64,000 bases of DNA, from positions 224,001 to 288,000 of the forward strand of contig CAVPLM010000005.1 of assembly GCA_963706025.1 (NCBI GenBank), read 5' to 3'. Positions within the stretch are counted from its first letter, which is position 1. The number at the start of each line of letters is the position of its first letter. Both the position numbers and the translations under genes were made by a program. The DNA comes from an uncultured Actinomycetes bacterium (GTDB taxonomy: Bacteria > Actinomycetota > Thermoleophilia > RBG-16-64-13). Shown in pieces: positions 28,144 through 37,017 of the stretch. Below the pieces are notes generated by a model. It saw nothing but the letters and a program-made list of their open reading frames with translations. It had not been told where the DNA came from and did no database searches.

Positions 28144-28596
28144 GTGGAGCTGACGGAAGCCTGGATCCAGCAGGTCATCGACAGCGAGATCGAGGACGTC
28201 GAGCTCGTGACCCTGGAGGAGGCGGGCAGCAGGCGACAGAGGATAGTGCGCCTGTACATCGACCGCTCGGATGGGGTCACGCACGATCTCTGCGCCCGGG
28301 TATCGGGGGCGGTCGGCCGGGCGCTCGACAAGGCCGATGCGTTCGAGGGGGCGTACACTCTGGAGGTCAGTTCGCCTGGTATCGAGCGGCCTCTTAGGAA
28401 GCGGAGCCATTTCGAGGCGCAACTGGGCAAGAAGGTCTACGTGAAGACCCGGGTCCCGATTGAAGGCAGCAAGATCTGGCAGGGGGTCCTACTGGAAGTA
28501 GGGCCTGACGAGATAGTCGTGCAAGAGGCGGGGCGTGAAGCAAGGATCCCGCTGGGCGAGATCGGAAGCGCCCATCTGATATACGAGTTCGGATAA
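28144..28596 (+). CDS. rimP: Ribosome maturation factor RimP
   Basis: VRLYID..GVTHDLCARVS, YTLEVSSPGIERPL; GTG start after GAGGGAG. Confidence 0.95.
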   Translation: MELTEAWIQQVIDSEIEDVELVTLEEAGSRRQRIVRLYIDRSDGVTHDLCARVSGAVGRALDKADAFEGAYTLEVSSPGIERPLRKRSHFEAQLGKKVYVKTRVPIEGSKIWQGVLLEVGPDEIVVQEAGREARIPLGEIGSAHLIYEFG

Positions 28597-28605
28597 GGGG
28601 AAGGG

Positions 28606-29769
28606 ATGAACAAGGAGACGATAGAAGCCCTCCGCCAGATCGAAAAAGAAAAGAGCATCCCCTTCGACGTGCTCATCGAGGCTCTCGAAGACGCCCTTCA
28701 TTCCGCCTACCAGAAGACGGCACATGCCGTGCCGTTCTCGGAAGTGAAGATCGACCGGGAGACGGGAGAGATCCACGTGTTCGAGTTGATCTTTCCTCCC
28801 GGCCAGGAGCCGGTCGTGCAGGACGAAGAAACGGAGATCGACACTTCCATGGCCGAACGGGTGGAGATCACGCCCGAGGATTTTGGCCGCATCGCGGCCC
28901 AGACGGCGAAGCAGGTCATCTATCAGCGCATCCGCGAGGCGGAGCAGGGCATAGTGTTCCAGGAATACTCTCACCGCGTGGGTGAGATCGTGACCGGCAT
29001 CGTCCAGCAGTCCGACAGCCGGTACACTCTCGTCGACTTGGGGCGGGTAGAGGCACGCCTGCCCAAGAGTGAGCAGGTATCCACCGAGCGCTATGAGCAC
29101 GGTATGCGCTTGAAGGCGGTCATAAGAGAGGTCTCCCAGAATCCCAAGGAGCCACCCATCATCCTCTCCCGGCGCAGTGAGGACTTGGTTCGGCGCCTGT
29201 TCGAACTGGAGGTGCCGGAGATCTCCGACGGGCTGGTGGAGATAGTAGGTGTGGCCCGGGAGCCGGGCTATCGTTCGAAGATATCGGTCGTGTCTCACAG
29301 CGACGGAGTGGATCCTGTCGGTGCGTGCGTGGGACCGAGAGGCTCGCGAGTGCGCATGGTGGTCTCAGAACTGCGGGGCGAGAAGATCGACATCATACCC
29401 TTCGACGAAGAACCGGCTCGATTCGTGGCCAAGTCGCTCTCACCCGCCCGTGTGCGAGAGGTGATACTGGACGACGCACAGCGCGAAGCCACGGTGGTGG
29501 TCCCCGACGATCAACTGTCGCTCGCTATCGGCAAAGAGGGTCAGAACGCCCGCCTAGCCAACCGGCTAACCGGTTGGAAGATCGATATCAAGTCCGAGAC
29601 CGAGATGAGCGAGGAAGAGACCGTCTACGTCGCGGCAGAGGTGGAACCGCAGGTGGTGGACGGTCGTTGTCACGCGCTTACGGTTGGTGGAAAGCGGTGC
29701 CCTAACGCAGCGCTGCCTGGCAGTCTATACTGCGGCATACCCTCGCATCAGGGAATTGGTGGTGAGTGA
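28606..29769 (+). CDS. nusA: Transcription factor NusA with C-terminal Cys/His extension
   Basis: FGRIAAQTAKQV, DPVGACVG, LSLAIGKEGQNARLA..LTGWKIDI. Confidence 0.97.
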   Translation: MNKETIEALRQIEKEKSIPFDVLIEALEDALHSAYQKTAHAVPFSEVKIDRETGEIHVFELIFPPGQEPVVQDEETEIDTSMAERVEITPEDFGRIAAQTAKQVIYQRIREAEQGIVFQEYSHRVGEIVTGIVQQSDSRYTLVDLGRVEARLPKSEQVSTERYEHGMRLKAVIREVSQNPKEPPIILSRRSEDLVRRLFELEVPEISDGLVEIVGVAREPGYRSKISVVSHSDGVDPVGACVGPRGSRVRMVVSELRGEKIDIIPFDEEPARFVAKSLSPARVREVILDDAQREATVVVPDDQLSLAIGKEGQNARLANRLTGWKIDIKSETEMSEEETVYVAAEVEPQVVDGRCHALTVGGKRCPNAALPGSLYCGIPSHQGIGGE

Positions 29770-30037
29770 GCCTGAACGGCAGTGCATCGGATGCGGCCGC
29801 CGGGGACCACAGGGGGGGTTCGTGCGCCTGGCTCTCGATCGGAAGGCCGGGCCGCCGCGGGTCGTTGTGACGAGTTCGCGGGACCGTAAGGGCAGAGGGG
29901 CGTATCTCTGCCGCCGACAGGCGTGTCTGGACCGTGCCCTGCAGCGCAAGGCCTTTCAGAGAGCGTTCCGGACCGCGGTGCGGGTGGACGAGGATGAGAT
30001 CGCGTCGGCCCTGCGAACGATCGAGGCTGTAATGTAG
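29762..30037 (+). CDS. ylxR: YlxR/DUF448 family RNA-binding protein
   Basis: PERQCIGC, GRGAYLC, FQRAFR; between nusA and infB. Confidence 0.92.
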   Translation: MSEPERQCIGCGRRGPQGGFVRLALDRKAGPPRVVVTSSRDRKGRGAYLCRRQACLDRALQRKAFQRAFRTAVRVDEDEIASALRTIEAVM

Positions 30038-30064
30038 CTAGACGAAGAACACGGCAGGTGGACG

Positions 30065-33000
30065 GTGGCGAAGAGACGGGTTTACGATATCGCTAAGGAG
30101 AAGGGCCTGACCAACCAGGAGCTGCTGGAGCGTCTCTCGGCGGCGGGCTTGGACGTCAAGAGCAGCGTCTCCACCGTTGAAGAGGCCGAGGTCGATCGTC
30201 TGCTTGCTCCCAAGGCCAAGGTCCGCGCCGCGAAGACGCCGGCGCCCAAAGAGCCGGCGGCGGAGCCGGCCCCGGCCGAAGGACCCGCTGCCTCCAAGCC
30301 GGTTGCGGCAGCTAAGCCGACCAAGGCTAGGCCTTCCGCGTCGAAGCCGCCAGCGGCTGAGACGGTGACGGTCGAAGCACCTGCGGCGCCCAAAGCACCT
30401 GCGGCGCCCAAGCCTGCGGCAGCTAGCCGACCAAGGCTAGGCCTCCGCGTCGCGCGCGCTGAGACGGTCGGAGCACCTGCGGCGCCCAAAGCACCTGCGG
30501 CGCCCAAAACGGCACCGAAAGCGCCGGCGGCCAAGAGCACTCCGTCCGAAGCTGCGGCGACTCAACCACCGGCGGCCAAGAGCACTTCGTCCGAGACAAG
30601 GGCGGCGGCCGGGTCGCCGGCAGGATCGAAGACCCCTAAGCCTCCCAAGCTCATCGACACCGTTGCTGCCCCGGTGACCGAGGCGCCTGCCGAGATCCCG
30701 TCAGAACCCGCTGCCCGGGAAGTAGCCGTTCTCGGACAGGACCAGACAGTATCGGCGGTTGCCGGCACGGCCGGCGGCCAGGCGCCCCGTCCGCCGCTCC
30801 GCCGGCCGCCCAGACCACGGGGCCGTGGACCGCGCCTCGAGGACATGCCCACGGTGGTAGGTCCGGGCGTCCCCTTGAGAAAGGGAGTCAAGCCCTCCGG
30901 CAATGTCGTGAGCAAAGAGGAGCTGGTTCGTATTCAGGCCGAGAAGGCAGCGCAGGCAGAGGCTGCACGCAAGGCCCGTGAAGCCGCGGCCAAGGCGGCG
31001 CCGTCGGGGCCTGTGACGCCGGGCCCGCGGAAGCCCGCGCCCTACCCCGGGCCACGTCCCGCGTCTCAGCCCGGGCCACGTCCCGCGTCTCAGCCCGGGC
31101 CTCGTCCCGCGCCGCCCCCGGGCAGCCGTCCTCCGCGCCCGGTTGGTCCTCCCCGCAGTGTCGAAGAGCGGCGGGAGCGTCCGAGTCGGCCGGCGCCGGT
31201 CCTTCCTCCCGGCTCATGGGGCGACGCTGTCGAGCCGGTCCAGCCTGCGCCTGGGAGCCGCGTCGCCGGCCCTTCACGGGTGCGCCGCGGTGACGACAAG
31301 CCGGCCAAGAGGCGGGTCATCATCGACTCGCAAGCGGGGCGCAGAGGTGGAAAGGGAGGGTTGCGCGACCACCACGGCGGTCCAGTGGTCGAAGCGGAGA
31401 GACCTGCCGTCAAGAAGAAGGCCGCCCCCGGTACCGAGTCTCCGGTCAAAGTGAAGAGCGGCGCCAGCGTCAAAGATCTCGGGGAGGCGCTGGAGCTGGG
31501 AGCAGGCGAGCTCATCAAGACCCTCATCAAGTTGGGGGAGATGGTCACTATCACGCAGTCCCTCTCCGACGAAGCCATCCTGATCTTGGCCGAGGAGTTC
31601 GAGCGCCAGGTCGAGATCGAGCACGCCGAGGAGGAGGTCGAGGGAACCGAGGCGTTCGCGGACGATCCCGCGGATCTCACGCCAAGGGCTCCGGTCGTGA
31701 CGATAATGGGGCATGTCGACCACGGCAAGACCTCGCTGCTGGACGCGATCCGGGAGACCGAGGTGGTGAAGTCCGAGGCCGGGGGCATCACTCAGCATAT
31801 CGGTGCATACCAAGTGACCCACAACGACAAGAAGGTCACGTTTCTCGACACTCCCGGTCACGAGGCCTTCACGGCCATGCGCGCCCGGGGAGCCAAGTCC
31901 ACCGACATAGCGGTGATCGTCGTCGCCGCCAATGACGGCGTCATGCCTCAGACGTTGGAGGCGATCAGCCACGCGAAGGCTGCCGAAGTTCCCATGGTTG
32001 TGGCCATCAACAAGATGGACCTCCCCGATGCGAATCCAGACCTGGCAAAGAAGCAGCTGGCCGACGAGGGGCTGGTACCCGAGGCCTGGGGTGGGGACAC
32101 CGTCATGGTGGAAGTGTCGGCCAAGCAGCGCACGAACCTGGAAGATCTTATGGACATGATCCTACTGGTGGCTGAGGTACAGGAACTCAAGGCCAATGCC
32201 AAGGCTTCGGCTTCGGGCGTGGTCATCGAGGCCCAGTTGGATGTGGGAAGAGGGCCGGTGGCCACCGTACTGGTCCAACGCGGCACTCTGCAGATCGGCG
32301 ATGCGGTGGTCAGCGGAGAGTCCTACGGCAAGGTCAAGGCCATGTTCGACTTCACCGGCAAGGCGCTTACAACGGCCGGACCTTCGGTCCCGGCCCAGAT
32401 TCTGGGCTTCAACACTTTACCGGCAGCCGGCGATTTCGTGATGGTCGCGAAGGACGAACGCGAGGCCCGGCAGAAGGCGGAACACCGCACTTCTCGTCTG
32501 CGGCAGGAGCAACTGGCCAAGAGCCGAGGCGGGGCCAGCTCCCTGGACGAGTTCTACCGCCGCCTCAAAGAAGGCCGGGTCAAGGAGCTTCCCCTGGTCA
32601 TCAAGGGCGACGTGGGCGGTTCGGTGGAAGCCCTCGAAGAGGCGCTGCGTAACATCACTCATCCGGAAGTGAAGGTGGAAGTGGTATTCGCGGGCGTCGG
32701 AGGTATCAACGAATCCGACATCATGCTGGCATCGGCTTCGAAGGCCGTGGTCATAGGTTTCAACGTGCGGCCCTCTACGGCAGCGAAGGCTCTGGCCGAA
32801 CAGGAGCATGTGGACGTGCGCACCTACCGAGTGATCTACAAAGCCATCGAAGACGTAGAGGCTGCTTTGGTGGGGATGCTCGAACCGGAGCAGGTGGAGG
32901 AGGAGTTGGGGACGGCGGAAGTGCGGCAGGTCTTCCACGCCTCCCGCATCGGGACCATCGCGGGGTGTTACGTACAGACCGGTAAGATCGTCCGCTCCGC

Positions 33001-33193
33001 GAAGATCCGCCTGGTGCGCGACGGGAGCATCGTCCACGAAGGCACCATCGGCTCGCTGAAGCGTTTCGCGGACGATGCCCGGGAGGTGTCGGCCGGGTAC
33101 GAATGCGGTCTCCACCTCGACGGTTTTGACGATGTGCACGAAGGTGACATCATCGAGGCGTACGAGATCAAGGAAGTTGCCCGTACTCAATAA
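30065..33193 (+). CDS. infB: Translation initiation factor IF-2 with long Ala/Pro/Lys-rich N-terminal region
   Basis: MGHVDHGKT, EAGGITQHIGAY, DTPGHEAF, NKMD. Confidence 0.98.
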   Translation: MAKRRVYDIAKEKGLTNQELLERLSAAGLDVKSSVSTVEEAEVDRLLAPKAKVRAAKTPAPKEPAAEPAPAEGPAASKPVAAAKPTKARPSASKPPAAETVTVEAPAAPKAPAAPKPAAASRPRLGLRVARAETVGAPAAPKAPAAPKTAPKAPAAKSTPSEAAATQPPAAKSTSSETRAAAGSPAGSKTPKPPKLIDTVAAPVTEAPAEIPSEPAAREVAVLGQDQTVSAVAGTAGGQAPRPPLRRPPRPRGRGPRLEDMPTVVGPGVPLRKGVKPSGNVVSKEELVRIQAEKAAQAEAARKAREAAAKAAPSGPVTPGPRKPAPYPGPRPASQPGPRPASQPGPRPAPPPGSRPPRPVGPPRSVEERRERPSRPAPVLPPGSWGDAVEPVQPAPGSRVAGPSRVRRGDDKPAKRRVIIDSQAGRRGGKGGLRDHHGGPVVEAERPAVKKKAAPGTESPVKVKSGASVKDLGEALELGAGELIKTLIKLGEMVTITQSLSDEAILILAEEFERQVEIEHAEEEVEGTEAFADDPADLTPRAPVVTIMGHVDHGKTSLLDAIRETEVVKSEAGGITQHIGAYQVTHNDKKVTFLDTPGHEAFTAMRARGAKSTDIAVIVVAANDGVMPQTLEAISHAKAAEVPMVVAINKMDLPDANPDLAKKQLADEGLVPEAWGGDTVMVEVSAKQRTNLEDLMDMILLVAEVQELKANAKASASGVVIEAQLDVGRGPVATVLVQRGTLQIGDAVVSGESYGKVKAMFDFTGKALTTAGPSVPAQILGFNTLPAAGDFVMVAKDEREARQKAEHRTSRLRQEQLAKSRGGASSLDEFYRRLKEGRVKELPLVIKGDVGGSVEALEEALRNITHPEVKVEVVFAGVGGINESDIMLASASKAVVIGFNVRPSTAAKALAEQEHVDVRTYRVIYKAIEDVEAALVGMLEPEQVEEELGTAEVRQVFHASRIGTIAGCYVQTGKIVRSAKIRLVRDGSIVHEGTIGSLKRFADDAREVSAGYECGLHLDGFDDVHEGDIIEAYEIKEVARTQ

Positions 33194-33494
33194 GAGCAGC
33201 AAGGGTTTCGTCGGCATCATCACGGCCGAGCTTTACTTCCCCGATAACGGCTCCCTCAAGGGCAAACGCATGTACCTGCGGCGGATCCGGGATCAGGTCA
33301 CCCGGCGTCACGGGGCTTCGTTCGCAGAGGTTGGCCATCAGGATCTATGGCAACGGTCGCGAGTGGTCATCGCCGTGGCTGCGTCGGACCTACAGGTGCT
33401 CGAGGGGACGCTGGATCGGTTGAGGACCTATCTGGACAGCCAGGAGTGGGTGCTCGCCTCGAGTGCCACCGAGGTGGTGGATGTAGATGCGTAA
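33177..33494 (+). CDS. DUF503 (YlxP) family protein; start uncertain
   Basis: FVGI..ELY..SLKGKR, AEVGHQDLWQR; between infB and rbfA. Confidence 0.85.
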   Translation: MPVLNKSSKGFVGIITAELYFPDNGSLKGKRMYLRRIRDQVTRRHGASFAEVGHQDLWQRSRVVIAVAASDLQVLEGTLDRLRTYLDSQEWVLASSATEVVDVDA

Positions 33495-33897
33495 CGTGAC
33501 TTCATACCGGATGCGCCGGATCAACGAGGCGCTCAAGGAGATCATCGGCACGGCCTTGACCCAGGAGCTCAAGGATCCGCGCATAGGTTTCGTGACTTTG
33601 ACCGGGGTCGATACCGCCCCCGATCTGTCTCACGCGAAAGTCTTCGTCTCTGTCTACGGGAAGCAGGTGGAGAAGGATTCCACCATGGAGGGACTGCGGG
33701 CCGCCCGCCCCTACCTGCAGCGCCTTATCAGCGACGAGTTGCACCTCAAGCGCACACCGACCCTGGAATTCGTGTACGACGCCACCGTAGACTACGGCAT
33801 GCGCATCCAAGCCATCCTCAAGTCAAGCGGTGCCGGTGAACTGCAGCCGGAGGATGAAGCGGTTCCTCCTGGGGCCGGATGCGAGGGCTTAGAATGA
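33487..33897 (+). CDS. rbfA: Ribosome-binding factor A
   Basis: LKDPRIGFVTLTGV...DLSHAKVFVS, RTPTLEFVYD. Confidence 0.96.
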   Translation: MRNVTSYRMRRINEALKEIIGTALTQELKDPRIGFVTLTGVDTAPDLSHAKVFVSVYGKQVEKDSTMEGLRAARPYLQRLISDELHLKRTPTLEFVYDATVDYGMRIQAILKSSGAGELQPEDEAVPPGAGCEGLE

Positions 33898-34955
33898 CCG
33901 GCCCCCCCGCGGCGCCGCGCGCGGCGACGGTCGCTGAACTGGCCGCCCGGTTGCCCACTGAGACCCGGATACTGGCGGTGTCTCACGAGGCTCCCGACGG
34001 CGACGCACTCGGGTGCGTTTCCGCTGTTCTCCTCATGGCCGAGCGGCTCGGTATCGATTGCCGAGGCTACATACCCGGTCAAACCGCCTTTCCTCCCGAG
34101 TATATGTTCCTGCCGCGGCTGGAACGGATCGAAAGGGGCTCTCCTCCCCCTCTAGAAGCTGGGACCACCGTCTATCTGCTCGACTGCGCCTCGCTGCTGC
34201 GCTCCAACTCGCATGGGTTCGAGGGAGACGTTGTGCGGGTCAACATCGACCACCATCAGGACAACCCCGGCTACGGAGAACTCAATCTGCTCGACGCTGC
34301 GGCCCCGTCGACCACCGCCGTCCTCCATCAGGTGTTCAAGGCCGGCGGTTTCCCAGTGGACGCGGAGGTGGCAACGGCGCTTTATGTGGGGCTGGTGACG
34401 GATACGGGGAGGTTCCAGTACTCGAACACCACCCCGGCTGCGCATCTCATGGCCGCGGAGCTTCAGGGGTACGGGGTGGACGTCCACCGGGTCTACCGAG
34501 AGCTGTACGAGAGCACGCCCCTTCCGAAACTGCTGTTGCTGGCGCGTGCGCTCGACCATCTCGAGGTGCGGCTGGGAGGTGACATGGTCGTGTCCTGGCT
34601 GGGGAACGACGATTTCGCGCGTGCGGGAGCAGGCGAGGGGCATGCAGAAGGGATCATCGATAACCTAAGGCAGGTCCAGGGGGCGCGGGCGGTGGCCCTT
34701 GTGAGGGAAAGAAGTGAAGAGGGCCGAGCGGAGAACAAGGTGAGTCTGCGCTCCACAGACGGGGGAGTGAATGTGGCGGCGATCGCGCAGAAACGGGGTG
34801 GGGGAGGACATGTGCAGGCGGCCGGCTTTTCCAGCGCCGACGACGTGATCGCGCTCCTCGAGTGGATCGAGGCTGAGGTCCGGGGTCAGATCCGGGGCGG
34901 GACCCCAGGTGGCAGCTCTGAGCACTGCGAAGGCCTCGATAGGAGCGATGCGTGA
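33894..34955 (+). CDS. nrnA: DHH/DHHA1 oligoribonuclease/pAp phosphatase NrnA
   Basis: HEAPDGDALG, NIDHH, GLVTDTGRF, SLRS, GGGGH. Confidence 0.92.
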   Translation: MTGPPAAPRAATVAELAARLPTETRILAVSHEAPDGDALGCVSAVLLMAERLGIDCRGYIPGQTAFPPEYMFLPRLERIERGSPPPLEAGTTVYLLDCASLLRSNSHGFEGDVVRVNIDHHQDNPGYGELNLLDAAAPSTTAVLHQVFKAGGFPVDAEVATALYVGLVTDTGRFQYSNTTPAAHLMAAELQGYGVDVHRVYRELYESTPLPKLLLLARALDHLEVRLGGDMVVSWLGNDDFARAGAGEGHAEGIIDNLRQVQGARAVALVRERSEEGRAENKVSLRSTDGGVNVAAIAQKRGGGGHVQAAGFSSADDVIALLEWIEAEVRGQIRGGTPGGSSEHCEGLDRSDA

Positions 34956-35836
34956 CCGAGGGGCCCTCGGACCTTTCCCGTGTGGTGCTGGTCGACAAGC
35001 CGGTCGGCCCCACCAGTTTCGAGATGGTGCGCGCCGCCCGCCGGGGCGTGCGGGCGCGCGTCGGTCATGCCGGCACCCTGGACCCTTTCGCGAGCGGCCT
35101 GCTGCTGGTGATGATAGGCCACGCTACCCGTGTCTCCGCCCTGCTTATGGAGCTGCCCAAAGAATACGAAGCCACCGTGCAGTTCGGGGCGGTGTCGACC
35201 ACGGCCGATCCTACCGGGGTCATCGTGCCCACCAGCGGTCGCGTCGAGGCGGGTCAGGTGGCAGAGGCACTGGACCGTTTCCGGGGCCGTATCCGCCAGC
35301 GGGTGCCTCTGACCTCCGCGGTGAAAGTGAACGGCGAGCCTCTGTACCGTAGGGCTCACCGGGGGGAGACGGCCGAGACTCCCGAACGGGAGGTGATGAT
35401 CTACGACCTCGTCATGACGGGGTTCGACGAGCAGGCGCAGACCGCCCAACTCGTCGCCCTCACCGGTAAGGGCACCTATGTGCGGAAGCTGGTGGAAGAC
35501 CTGGGATCGGCCACCGGAGTGGGTGCATATGCCGCGGCGCTCCGTCGGACCCGCGTCGGAGGTTTCAGAGTCGACCAGGCTCTCAGACCCGACGAGCTGG
35601 CGCCGGCGCGCTACGCGGCCGGCGGCCAAGGGGTCCTCACCTTGGACGAAGCCCTCGACTTCCTTCCCCGATACGAGGTGAGCGGGCGCGAAGCCTGTTT
35701 GGCGGCCAACGGCAATGAACTGAGCGGGGCGCCCATCGGGCGGTTCCGCGTTTGCGGGCCGGCGGGTCTGGTAGGGGTCTATGAGGGCCGCGGCGGGGCA
35801 GCGCGTCCTTTGGTGATCTTTCCGAAACCCCTGTGA
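34952..35836 (+). CDS. truB: tRNA pseudouridine(55) synthase
   Basis: DKPVGPTS, GHAGTLDPFASG, KGTYVR. Confidence 0.96.
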   Translation: MTEGPSDLSRVVLVDKPVGPTSFEMVRAARRGVRARVGHAGTLDPFASGLLLVMIGHATRVSALLMELPKEYEATVQFGAVSTTADPTGVIVPTSGRVEAGQVAEALDRFRGRIRQRVPLTSAVKVNGEPLYRRAHRGETAETPEREVMIYDLVMTGFDEQAQTAQLVALTGKGTYVRKLVEDLGSATGVGAYAAALRRTRVGGFRVDQALRPDELAPARYAAGGQGVLTLDEALDFLPRYEVSGREACLAANGNELSGAPIGRFRVCGPAGLVGVYEGRGGAARPLVIFPKPL

Positions 35837-36786
35837 GCATGCGCGTCTATAACTCCCTGAATGAGGTCGAAGAGGCGTCAGGGCGCAACCGGATCGTGGC
35901 CATCGGAGTCTTCGACGGCGTCCATCGCGGGCACAGGCGGATCCTGGACAAGACGGTAGAGAAGGCCCGCCAGAGCGGCGCCCTTTCGGCGGCGGTCACC
36001 TTCTACCCACATCCGGAAGGGGTCCTTCATCCCCGATCGGCGCCGCGGATGCTGACCTCGCTGGAGCGCAAGGCCTCGCTTCTGGAAGCCCTGGGCTTGG
36101 ATGAACTCGTGGTGGTGAAGTTCGACCTGGAGTTCGCCCGACTCTCACCGGAAGCCTTCTGCCGTCTGGTACTCTCCGATCGACTGGGTGCTCGTGTGGT
36201 CCTGGTGGGAGATAATTTCCGCTTCGGCTACCGGGGTGCCGGCACCGCCGCCGACCTGCGCGACTTCGGCGACGCCCATGATTTCGAGTTTGTTTCCGTG
36301 GCTCTCGCTGTGGAAGACGGGGAGCCTGTCTCGAGCACTCGTATCCGCAGGTTGATCCGTGCCGGGCACGTGGTCGAAGCCTCCCGCCTTCTCGGTCGCC
36401 CCCACCGGCTGCAGGGAACGGTGGTGAAAGGAGCGGGCCGGGGCCGGACCCTCGATGCTCCGACCGCCAACCTGGAAGTAACCGCGGGGATGGCTCTGCC
36501 CGCTATGGGGGTCTATGTGACGCGGTCTTTCGTGGATGGGTCCGTGGCCGGTCCCTCGGTCACCAGTCTGGGGACTAATCCCACGTTCGAGAGCGATAGG
36601 AAGATACGTGTAGAGACTCTGCTTCTCGAGCAGGGCGGCAACCTTTACGGCCGCAGTCTGGAGGTGGATCTCTTGGAGCGCATCCGCGGTCAGCGGGCTT
36701 TTCCCGACGCGGCCTCTCTCGCCACGCGCATCAGACGGGACTCCGAGTTTGCCCGTGGTTACTTCGAGACCTGCCGCGAGCCCTGA
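35833..36786 (+). CDS. ribF: Bifunctional riboflavin kinase/FAD synthetase
   Basis: IGVFDGVHRGH, VGDNFRFG, SSTRIR, PTANL, GTNPT. Confidence 0.96.
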   Translation: MSMRVYNSLNEVEEASGRNRIVAIGVFDGVHRGHRRILDKTVEKARQSGALSAAVTFYPHPEGVLHPRSAPRMLTSLERKASLLEALGLDELVVVKFDLEFARLSPEAFCRLVLSDRLGARVVLVGDNFRFGYRGAGTAADLRDFGDAHDFEFVSVALAVEDGEPVSSTRIRRLIRAGHVVEASRLLGRPHRLQGTVVKGAGRGRTLDAPTANLEVTAGMALPAMGVYVTRSFVDGSVAGPSVTSLGTNPTFESDRKIRVETLLLEQGGNLYGRSLEVDLLERIRGQRAFPDAASLATRIRRDSEFARGYFETCREP

Positions 36787-37017
36787 ACCGGCCGGCCGAT
36801 ACAGCCTCGCGCCTTCCGGCCCGAAGTCTGAGATGATGTACGAGGTGCCGGGTCGGCACCGGGGTCGTTTCACCGCCGAACTCGTGTCGGAAAGCAGATG
36901 TTCCGTTTGCCTCGGTTCTGGGCATCTGGAGCCAGCGCCCCGGTCGGATTCGCGCCCTTGGGCGCCGGGTCTCGTTTGTCGAGCGGCCGCCCGCGCGTCG
37001 ATCAAGGAGGAGGGAAG

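Noticed and set aside
36787-37017. c-di-AMP/c-di-GMP riboswitch or sigma-28 promoter upstream of the L,D-transpeptidase
   Set aside because: I could not find the riboswitch consensus blocks; GCCGATAC and GCCGAACT lack a convincing -35 element
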